Positions 1 through 12,428 of a DNA stretch of 64,000 nt are shown in pieces. Position 1 is the first letter of the stretch, and every line of letters begins with the position of its first letter. The translations under genes were made by a program, and so were the position numbers. The notes under the pieces were generated by a model. That model saw nothing but the letters and a program-made list of their open reading frames with translations, was not told the origin of the DNA and did no database searches. The stretch comes from the human T2T-CHM13v2.0 reference genome, Homo sapiens: the NCBI RefSeq assembly GCF_009914755.1, contig NC_060940.1. One strand, written 5' to 3'.

Positions 1-3000
1 TTCAATTCAAGTCAATGATGATTCCATTCGATTCCATTCGATGATTCCATTGGATTCCATTCGATGATGATTCCATTCAAATCCTTTCGATAATTCAATT
101 CAAGTCCATTCGATGATGATTCCAATCGAATCCATTCAAAGATTCCATTCAGTTCCATTCGATGATTCCCTTAGATTCCATTCGATGATTCCACTTGATT
201 GCATTTACGATGATTCCATTCGATTCCATGTGATGATTCCATTCAATTCTATTCAATGATGTCTCCATTTGATTCCATTCGACCATGATTGCCTTTGATT
301 CCATTCAATGATTCCATTCGGTTCCGTTTGATGATGATTCCGTTCGATTCCATTTGATGATTCCATTTGATTCCATTGGATGGGTCCATTCGATTACATT
401 CGATGATTATTCCATTCGAGTGCATTAGATGATTCCATTCGAGTCCATTCGATGATTCCATTCGATTCCATTCGATGTTGATTCTGTTCAAATCCATTCG
501 ATGATTCCACTCGATTCCATTCGTTGACTCCATTTGATCCCATTCGATGATTTCCTTTGATTCCCTTTGATGATCATTCCATTTGATTCAATTCGGTGAT
601 TTCATTTGATTCCATTCAGTGATGTTTCCATTCGACTCCATTCGATGATGATTCCATTCGACTCCATTCGATTATGATTTCATTCAATTCCATTCGATAA
701 TGATTCCCTGCGAGTCTATTCGATGATTCCATTCGATTCCATTCAACGATGATTTGATTCGTGTCCATTCGATGATTCCATTTGATTCCACTTGATGATG
801 ATTCCATTCGAGCCCATTTGATGATTCCATTCAATTCCATACTCCGATGATTTCTTTTGAGCCCACTCAATGCTTCCACTCGATTCCATATGATGATGAC
901 TCCATTCGATGAAATTCGATGATGATTCCATTCGCTTGCTTTCGATGATGATTCCACTTGAGTCCGTTAGAAGATTCTATTCAATTACATTCCATGACGA
1001 TTCCGTTCGAGTCCATTTGATGATTCCATTAGACTCCATTCGACGATGATTCCATTCGATGTTATTCGATGATTCCATTTGATCTCATTCGATGATGATT
1101 CCATTCAACTCCATTCGATGTTTCCATTCGAGTTCATTCTATTATTCCATTAGATTCCATTCGATGATGATTCCATTCGATTCCATTTGATGATTGCATT
1201 CTATTTCATTTGATGATGATTCCATTCGAGTCCACTCGATGATTCCATTCGAGTCCATTTAATGAATCCATTGGTTTCAATTCTATGATGATTACATTGG
1301 ATTCCATTCGTTGATGATTTCATTCGGTTCCATTCAATGATGATTCCATTCAATTCCTTTCAATGTTTCCATTCAATTCCATACGATGATGATTCCATTT
1401 GATTTGATTCGACAGTGAGCCATTCGATTCAATTCCATGATGATTCTATTTGATTCAATTGGTTGACATTTCCATTCGATTCCATTCGATGATGATTCCC
1501 TTTGATTCCGTTCAAAGATGATTCCATTCTAGCCCATTCAATCATTCCATTCGATTCTATTCAATGATGATTCCATTCATGTCGATTTGGTGATTCCATT
1601 TGACTTCATTTGATGATGATTCCTTTCAAGTTCATTAGATGATTCCATTCGATTCCATTTGATGATGATCCCATTCGAGTCCATTCAGTGATTCCATTCA
1701 TTTCCATTCCATGATGATTCCATTCCTTTCCATTCAATGATTCCATTCGATTCCGTTTGATGATGATTTCATTCGAGTCCATTTGATGATTCCATTTGAT
1801 TCCATTCGATGATGATTCCATTCGAGTCCATTCGATGATTCTATTCGAATCCATTTGATGATTTCTTTTGATTATATTTGGTGATGATTCCATTGGAGTC
1901 CATTCAATGATTCCATTCTATTCCAATCGATGATGATTCCATTAGAGTCCATTTAATGATTCCATTTGATTCCAGTCTCTGATGATTACATTCGAGTCCA
2001 TACGATGATTCCACTCAATTCCATATGATGATGATTCCATTTGATTCCATTCGGTGATTCCATTCTATTCTATTCAATGGTGATTCCATTCGAGTACATT
2101 AGATGATTCCATTCGATTCCATTCAATGATGATTCTATTTGTGTCCCTTAGATGATTCCACATGATTCCATTAGATGATGATACTATTTGAGCCCATCCA
2201 ATGATTCCCTTCGATTCCATTCGATGAGGATTCCATTCGATTCAATTCATTGGTGATTCTATTCAATTCAATTCTTTGATTCCATTCCATTCCATTCGAC
2301 AATAATTCCATTCGATTTCTTTCGATGATTCCACTCGATTCCACTTGACATTGATTCCATTCGATTCCATTCAATGATTCCATTTGATTCCAGTGGATGA
2401 TGATTGCCATCGATTCCATTCGATCACTCCATTCTATTCCATTTGATGATGATTACATTCGATTCCATTTGATGATTCCATCTGATTCTATTCGAGGATT
2501 CCATTTGATTCCATTCGATGATGTTTCCATTCGACTCCATTCGATGATGATTCCATTCGACTCCATTCGATTATGATTTCATTCAATTCCATTCGATAAT
2601 GATTCCCTTCGAGTCCATTCGATGATTCCATTCGATTCCATTCAACGATGTTTTGATTCGTGTCCATTCGATGATTCCATTTGATTCCACTTGATGATGA
2701 TTCCATTCGAGTCCATTTGATGATTCCACTCAATTCCATACTCCGATGATTTCTTTTGAGCCCACTCAATGCTTCCACTCGATTCCATATGATGATGACT
2801 CCATTCGATGAAATTCGATGATGATTCCATTCGCTTGCTTTCGATGATGATTCCACTTGAGTCCGTTAGAAGATTCTATTCAATTACATTCCATGACGAT
2901 TCCGTTCGAGTCCATTTGATGATTCCATTAGACTCCATTCGACGATGATTCCTTTCGATGTTATTCCATGATTCCATTCGATATCAATCGATGATGATTC

Positions 3001-6000
3001 CATTCAACTCCATTCGATGTTTCCATTCGAGTTCATTCTATTATTGCATTAGATTCCATTCGATGATGATTCCATTCGATTCCATTTGATGATTGCATTC
3101 TGTTTCATTTGATGATGATTCCATTCGAGTCCACTCGATGATTCCATTCGAGTCCATTTAATGAATCCATTGGTTTCAATTCTATGATGATTACATTGGA
3201 TTCCATTCGTTGATGATTTCATTCGGTTCCATTCAATGATGATTCCATTCAATTCCTTTCAATGTTTCCATTCAATTCCATACGATGATGATTCCATTTG
3301 ATTTGATTCGACAGTGAGCCATTCGATTCAATTCCATGATGATTCTATTTGATTCAATTGGTTGACATTTCCATTCGATTCCATTCGATGATGATTCCCT
3401 TTGATTCCGTTCAAAGATGATTCCATTCTAGCCCATTCAATCATTCCATTCGATTCTATTCAATGATGATTCCATTCATGTCGATTTGGTGATTCCATTT
3501 GACTTCATTTGATGATGATTCCTTTCAAGTTCATTAGATGATTCCATTCGATTCCATTTGATGATGATCCCATTCGAGTCCATTCAGTGATTCCATTCGT
3601 TTCCATTCCATGATGATTCCATTCCTTTCCATTCAATGATTCCATTCGATTCCGTTTGATGATGATTTCATTCGAGTCCATTTGATGATTCCATTTGATT
3701 CCATTCGATGATGATTCCATTCGAGTCCATTCGATGATTCTATTCGAATCCATTTGATGATTTCTTTTGATTATATTTGGTGATGATTCCATTGGAGTCC
3801 ATTCAATGATTCCATTCGATTCCAATCGATGATGATTCCATTAGAGTCCATTTAATGATTCCATTTGATTCCAGTCTCTGATGATTACATTCGAGTCCAT
3901 ACGATGATTCCACTCAATTCCATATGATGATGATTCCATTTGATTCCATTCGGTGATTCCATTCTATTCTATTCAATGGTGATTCCATTCGAGTACATTA
4001 GATGATTCCATTCGATTCCATTCAATGATGATTCTATTTGTGTCCCTTAGATGATTCCACATGATTCCATTAGATGATGATACTATTTGAGCCCATCCAA
4101 TGATTCCCTTCGATTCCATTCGATGAGGATTCCATTCGATTCAATTCATTGGTGATTCTATTCAATTCAATTCTTTGATTCCATTCCATTCCATTCGACA
4201 ATGATTCCATTCGATTTCTTTCGATGATTCCACTCGATTCCACTTGACATTGATTCCATTCGATTCCATTCAATGATTCCATTTGATTCCAGTGGATGAT
4301 GATTGCCATCGATTCCATTCGATCACTCCATTCTATTCCATTTGATGATGATTACATTCGATTCCATTTGATGATTCCATCTGATTCTATTCGAGGATTC
4401 CATTTGATTCCATTCGATGATGATTCCATTCGAGTCCATTCGATGATTTCATTCGAGTACATCCAATGATTCCATTCGAGTCCATTAGATGATTCCATTT
4501 GATTCCATTTGAAAATGATTCTACTAGAGTCCATTCAATGACTCCATTCGAGTCCATTCAACAATTCCATTCGACTCCATTCGATGATTCCATTCGATTC
4601 CATTTGATGGTTCCATTCGAGTCCATTTAATCATTACAGTCGAGTCCATTTGGTGATTCCACTGGATTTCTTTTGATAATGATACCATTCAATTACATTT
4701 GATGATGATCCCATTCAATTTCATTTGATGATGATTCCATTAGAGTCCATTCGATGATTTCATTCGAGTCCCTTCATTGATTCCATCCGATTTCATTGGA
4801 TGATGACTCCATTCGAGTCCATTCGATGATTCCACTCGATTCCATTAGATGACTCCATTGGAGTCCATTTGATTGTTCCATTCGATTCCATTCGATTCCT
4901 TTCGAAGATTATTCCATTTGAGTCCATTCGATGATGATTCCATTCCATTCCATTCGATGATTCCGTTTGATTCCATTCGATGATTCCCTTCGATTCCTTT
5001 CTTTGATGATTTCATTCCATTCCATTCAATGATTCCATTCGAATCTATTCCATGATGATTCCTTTCGATTCCATTCGCTGATGTTTCCGTTCAATTCCAT
5101 TCGATGATGATTCCATTCGATTCCATTCATTGAGGATTCCATTTGATTCCATTCAATGATGATTCCATTCTATTCCACTCAATGATTGCATTCAATTCCA
5201 TACAATGATTATCCCATTAGAGTAAACTCAACGATTCCATTCAATACCATTCGATGATGATTCCTTTTGAGTCCATTCAATGATTTCATTCAAGTCCATT
5301 TGATGATTCCTTTCAATTCCATTCTATGATGATTCCATTCGAGTCCATTCGATGATTCCATTCAATTGCATTTGATGATTCCATTATATTCCATTCAACG
5401 GTGATTCCATTCGAGTCCATTCCATGATTCCATTAGAGTACATTTAATGATTGCTTTGTTTTCAATTCGAAGATGATTACATTGGATTCCATTCTATGAT
5501 ACCATTCGATTCCATTCAATGATGATTCCACTCAAATCCATTGGATGATTCCATTCGTGTCCATTCGGTGATTTCATTAGATTCCATTCGAGGATGATTC
5601 CATTCGATTCCATTCGATGATTCCATTCAATTCCATTCGATGATGATTCCATTCCAGTCCATATGATCATTCCATTTGATTTCATTCGATGATGATTCCA
5701 TTCGATTCCATTCGATGATTCCATTCTATTCCATTCGATGATGATTCCATTCGAGTCCATTCGATGATTCCATTCGAGTCCATTTAATGATTCCATTGGG
5801 TTCAATTCAATGATGATTACATTGGATTCCGTTCTATGATTCCATTCAATTCCATTCATTGACAATTTGATTCCATTCGATGATGATTCCATTTGAGTTC
5901 ATTCGATGATTCTATTCGATTCTCTTCGATGGTGATTCAATTCTATTATATTGGATGATTCCATTCGATTCCATTTGATGTTGATTCAATTCGATTCTAT

Positions 6001-8011
6001 TCGATGATGATTCCATTGGATTTCACTTGATGATTCTATTCGATTCCATTCAATGATGATTCACTTCTCGTCCATTGGATGATTCCATTTCATTCCATTC
6101 GATGATGATTCCATTCGATTCCATTCGATGATTCCATTTGATTCCATGCGACGGTGAGCAATTCGATTCAATTCCATGATGATTCTATTTGATTCAATTA
6201 GATGATGTTTCCATTCGAATCCATTCCATGATTATTCCATTGGAATCCATTCGGCGATGATTCCATATGAGTCAATTCAATGATGATTCCATATGGGTCC
6301 GTTCGATGATAATTCCATTTGATTTCATTCGATGCTTCTATTCTATTCCAGTCGATGATGATTCCATTGGAGTCCATACGATGATTCCATTTGATTTCAT
6401 TTGATGATGATTCCATTCGATGATGATTACATTGGATTCCATTCTATGATTCCATTCAATTCCATTCGTTGATGATTCGATTCCATTCAATGATGATTCC
6501 ATTTGAGTTCATTCGATGATTCTATTCGATTCCGTTCGATGGTGACTCAATTCTATTATACTGGATGATACCAGTCGATTCCATTTGATGATTATTCCAT
6601 TGGAGTCCATTTAGTGAATCCTTTAGATTCTACTCGACGATGATTCCATTCGAGTCCATTCGATGATACCATTCAATTCCATTCGTTGATGCTTCCATTC
6701 AAGTGCATTCGATGATATCATTCGATTCCATTTGATGATAATTCCAATTGATTCCATGCGATGATTCTATTCGATTCCATTCAATGATAATTCCATTCAA
6801 TTCAGTGATTCCTCTGGACTCCATTTGATGATGATTCCATTCAATGATTCCATTCGATTCTATTCGAAAATGATTCCATTTGAATCCATTTGATGATGAT
6901 TCCATTAGATTCCATTTGATGATTCCATTCGATTCCATTCGACGATGATTCCATTCGATTCCGTTTGATGATTCCATTCTATTCTATTCGATGATGATTC
7001 CATTCGATTCCATTCGATGATGATTGGATTCGATTCCATTGGATGATTTCATTTGATTCCATTCGTTAATGATTTCGATCAATTCCATTCGATGATTCCA
7101 TTCGATTCCATTCGATAATGATTACATCCGAGTCCATTCGATGATTCCATTTTAGCCTGTTCGATAATTCCATTTGAGTCCAACCAATGATTCCATTCAT
7201 TTCCATTCAATGATTCCATTCGAGTCCATTTGATCATTCCGGTAGGGTCCATTCGATGTTGATTCCATTGGAGTGCATTCGATGATTCCATTCGAGTCCA
7301 TTTTAGGATTTGATTCGAGTCCTTTCGATGATTCCATTCGATTCCACTCGATGATGATTTCATTCGAGTCCATTCGACACTTCCAATCGATTCCATTTGA
7401 TGATTCCATTCGAGTCCAATTGATGATTCCATTCAATTCCATTCGATGATGATTCCGTACGATACCATTCTGTGATGATTCCATGTGATTGCATTCAATG
7501 ATGATTCCTTTCGATTGCATTCGATTATGATTCATTTCGTGTTCATTCTATGGTTCCACAGGTTTCCATTCGTGTCCATTCCATTATTCCATTCTATTCC
7601 ATTTGATGATGATTCCATTCGATTCCATTCATTGGTGATTCCACTCAATTCCATTCAATGATTCCATTCCATTTCTTTCAACAATGATTCCATTAGTTTC
7701 TAATCGATGATCCACTTGATTCCATTTGACGACGATTCCATTCTTGTCCATTCGATGATTCCATTTGATTCCATATGATGATGATTCCATTCGATTCCAT
7801 ACCATGATGATTCCATTCGAGTCCATTCAATGGTGATTCCATTCAATTCCATTCGATGATTCCTTTTGATTCCATTCGATGATGATGGCATTCGATTCCT
7901 TTCAATCATTCCCTTTGATTCCATTCAAAGGTGATTTCATTCAAGTCCATTCGATAATTGCATTCGATTCCATTCTATGATGATTCCATTCGAGTCCATT
8001 TGATGATTCCA
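1..8011 (+). repeat. Higher-order unit 1, 8,011 bp variant (6,112 + 1,899 bp internal duplication)
   Basis: Landmark TTCAATTCAAGTCAATG at 1 and 8012; ORF-track marker 249 recurs at 8260 (+8011); internal marker 743 recurs at 2642 (+1899). Confidence 0.93.
620..4417 (+). repeat. Tandem 1,899 bp sub-unit duplication (620-2518 / 2519-4417)
   Basis: Junction at 2519-2523: ...GAGGATTCCATTTGATTCCATTCGA-TGATG-TTTCCATTCGACTCC... joins sequence normally ~1.9 kb apart. Marker pairs 743/2642 and 2171/4070 are offset by 1899. Confidence 0.92.
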
Positions 8012-8630
8012 TTCAATTCAAGTCAATGATGATTCCATTCGATTCCATTCGATGATTCCATTGGATTCCATTCGATGATGATTCCATTCAAATCCTTTCG
8101 ATAATTCAATTCAAGTCCATTCGATGATGATTCCAATCGAATCCATTCAAAGATTCCATTCAGTTCCATTCGATGATTCCCTTAGATTCCATTCGATGAT
8201 TCCACTTGATTGCATTTACGATGATTCCATTCGATTCCATGTGATGATTCCATTCAATTCTATTCAATGATGTCTCCATTTGATTCCATTCGACCATGAT
8301 TGCCTTTGATTCCATTCAATGATTCCATTCGGTTCCGTTTGATGATGATTCCGTTCGATTCCATTTGATGATTCCATTTGATTCCATTGGATGGGTCCAT
8401 TCGATTACATTCGATGATTATTCCATTCGAGTGCATTAGATGATTCCATTCGAGTCCATTCGATGATTCCATTCGATTCCATTCGATGTTGATTCTGTTC
8501 AAATCCATTCGATGATTCCACTCGATTCCATTCGTTGACTCCATTTGATCCCATTCGATGATTTCCTTTGATTCCCTTTGATGATCATTCCATTTGATTC
8601 AATTCGGTGATTTCATTTGATTCCATTCAG

Positions 8631-11600
8631 TGATGTTTCCATTCGACTCCATTCGATGATGATTCCATTCGACTCCATTCGATTATGATTTCATTCAATT
8701 CCATTCGATAATGATTCCCTGCGAGTCTATTCGATGATTCCATTCGATTCCATTCAACGATGATTTGATTCGTGTCCATTCGATGATTCCATTTGATTCC
8801 ACTTGATGATGATTCCATTCGAGCCCATTTGATGATTCCATTCAATTCCATACTCCGATGATTTCTTTTGAGCCCACTCAATGCTTCCACTCGATTCCAT
8901 ATGATGATGACTCCATTCGATGAAATTCGATGATGATTCCATTCGCTTGCTTTCGATGATGATTCCACTTGAGTCCGTTAGAAGATTCTATTCAATTACA
9001 TTCCATGACGATTCCGTTCGAGTCCATTTGATGATTCCATTAGACTCCATTCGACGATGATTCCATTCGATGTTATTCGATGATTCCATTTGATCTCATT
9101 CGATGATGATTCCATTCAACTCCATTCGATGTTTCCATTCGAGTTCATTCTATTATTCCATTAGATTCCATTCGATGATGATTCCATTCGATTCCATTTG
9201 ATGATTGCATTCTATTTCATTTGATGATGATTCCATTCGAGTCCACTCGATGATTCCATTCGAGTCCATTTAATGAATCCATTGGTTTCAATTCTATGAT
9301 GATTACATTGGATTCCATTCGTTGATGATTTCATTCGGTTCCATTCAATGATGATTCCATTCAATTCCTTTCAATGTTTCCATTCAATTCCATACGATGA
9401 TGATTCCATTTGATTTGATTCGACAGTGAGCCATTCGATTCAATTCCATGATGATTCTATTTGATTCAATTGGTTGACATTTCCATTCGATTCCATTCGA
9501 TGATGATTCCCTTTGATTCCGTTCAAAGATGATTCCATTCTAGCCCATTCAATCATTCCATTCGATTCTATTCAATGATGATTCCATTCATGTCGATTTG
9601 GTGATTCCATTTGACTTCATTTGATGATGATTCCTTTCAAGTTCATTAGATGATTCCATTCGATTCCATTTGATGATGATCCCATTCGAGTCCATTCAGT
9701 GATTCCATTCATTTCCATTCCATGATGATTCCATTCCTTTCCATTCAATGATTCCATTCGATTCCGTTTGATGATGATTTCATTCGAGTCCATTTGATGA
9801 TTCCATTTGATTCCATTCGATGATGATTCCATTCGAGTCCATTCGATGATTCTATTCGAATCCATTTGATGATTTCTTTTGATTATATTTGGTGATGATT
9901 CCATTGGAGTCCATTCAATGATTCCATTCTATTCCAATCGATGATGATTCCATTAGAGTCCATTTAATGATTCCATTTGATTCCAGTCTCTGATGATTAC
10001 ATTCGAGTCCATACGATGATTCCACTCAATTCCATATGATGATGATTCCATTTGATTCCATTCGGTGATTCCATTCTATTCTATTCAATGGTGATTCCAT
10101 TCGAGTACATTAGATGATTCCATTCGATTCCATTCAATGATGATTCTATTTGTGTCCCTTAGATGATTCCACATGATTCCATTAGATGATGATACTATTT
10201 GAGCCCATCCAATGATTCCCTTCGATTCCATTCGATGAGGATTCCATTCGATTCAATTCATTGGTGATTCTATTCAATTCAATTCTTTGATTCCATTCCA
10301 TTCCATTCGACAATAATTCCATTCGATTTCTTTCGATGATTCCACTCGATTCCACTTGACATTGATTCCATTCGATTCCATTCAATGATTCCATTTGATT
10401 CCAGTGGATGATGATTGCCATCGATTCCATTCGATCACTCCATTCTATTCCATTTGATGATGATTACATTCGATTCCATTTGATGATTCCATCTGATTCT
10501 ATTCGAGGATTCCATTTGATTCCATTCGATGATGTTTCCATTCGACTCCATTCGATGATGATTCCATTCGACTCCATTCGATTATGATTTCATTCAATTC
10601 CATTCGATAATGATTCCCTTCGAGTCCATTCGATCATTCCATTCGATTCCATTCAACGATGTTTTGATTCGTGTCCATTCGATGATTCCATTTGATTCCA
10701 CTTGATGATGATTCCATTCGAGTCCATTTGATGATTCCATTCAATTCCATACTCCGATGATTTCTTTTGAGCCCACTCAATGCTTCCACTCGATTCCATA
10801 TGATGATGACTCCATTCGATGAAATTCGATGATGATTCCATTCGCTTGCTTTCGATGATGATTCCACTTGAGTCCGTTAGAAGATTCTATTCAATTACAT
10901 TCCATGACGATTCCGTTCGAGTCCATTTGATGATTCCATTAGACTCCATTCGACGATGATTCCTTTCGATGTTATTCCATGATTCCATTCGATATCAATC
11001 GATGATGATTCCATTCAACTCCATTCGATGTTTCCATTCGAGTTCATTCTATTATTGCATTAGATTCCATTCGATGATGATTCCATTCGATTCCATTTGA
11101 TGATTGCATTCTGTTTCATTTGATGATGATTCCATTCGAGTCCACTCGATGATTCCATTCGAGTCCATTTAATGAATCCATTGGTTTCAATTCTATGATG
11201 ATTACATTGGATTCCATTCGTTGATGATTTCATTCGGTTCCATTCAATGATGATTCCATTCAATTCCTTTCAATGTTTCCATTCAATTCCATACGATGAT
11301 GATTCCATTTGATTTGATTCGACAGTGAGCCATTCGATTCAATTCCATGATGATTCTATTTGATTCAATTGGTTGACATTTCCATTCGATTCCATTCGAT
11401 GATGATTCCCTTTGATTCCGTTCAAAGATGATTCCATTCTAGCCCATTCAATCATTCCATTCGATTCTATTCAATGATGATTCCATTCATGTCGATTTGG
11501 TGATTCCATTTGACTTCATTTGATGATGATTCCTTTCAAGTTCATTAGATGATTCCATTCGATTCCATTTGATGATGATCCCATTCGAGTCCATTCAGTG

Positions 11601-12428
11601 ATTCCATTCGTTTCCATTCCATGATGATTCCATTCCTTTCCATTCAATGATTCCATTCGATTCCGTTTGATGATGATTTCATTCGAGTCCATTTGATGAT
11701 TCCATTTGATTCCATTCGATGATGATTCCATTCGAGTCCATTCGATGATTCTATTCGAATCCATTTGATGATTTCTTTTGATTATATTTGGTGATGATTC
11801 CATTGGAGTCCATTCAATGATTCCATTCGATTCCAATCGATGATGATTCCATTAGAGTCCAGTTAATGATTCCATTTGATTCCAGTCTCTGATGATTACA
11901 TTCGAGTCCATACGATGATTCCACTCAATTCCATATGATGATGATTCCATTTGATTCCATTCGGTGATTCCATTCTATTCTATTCAATGGTGATTCCATT
12001 CGAGTACATTAGATGATTCCATTCGATTCCATTCAATGATGATTCTATTTGTGTCCCTTAGATGATTCCACATGATTCCATTAGATGATGATACTATTTG
12101 AGCCCATCCAATGATTCCCTTCGATTCCATTCGATGAGGATTCCATTCGATTCAATTCATTGGTGATTCTATTCAATTCAATTCTTTGATTCCATTCCAT
12201 TCCATTCGACAATGATTCCATTCGATTTCTTTCGATGATTCCACTCGATTCCACTTGACATTGATTCCATTCGATTCCATTCAATGATTCCATTTGATTC
12301 CAGTGGATGATGATTGCCATCGATTCCATTCGATCACTCCATTCTATTCCATTTGATGATGATTACATTCGATTCCATTTGATGATTCCATCTGATTCTA
12401 TTCGAGGATTCCATTTGATTCCATTCGA
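8631..12428 (+). repeat. Second copy of the tandem 1,899 bp duplication (8631-10529 / 10530-12428)
   Basis: Same junction sequence as at 2519, here at 10530 (+8011), with the same copy-specific variants. Confidence 0.92.

Noticed and set aside
2488-2856. Extended chimeric ORF across the 1,899 bp junction
   Set aside because: It results from incidental loss of a stop at the breakpoint, and the equivalent in unit 2 is truncated (10634-10867).
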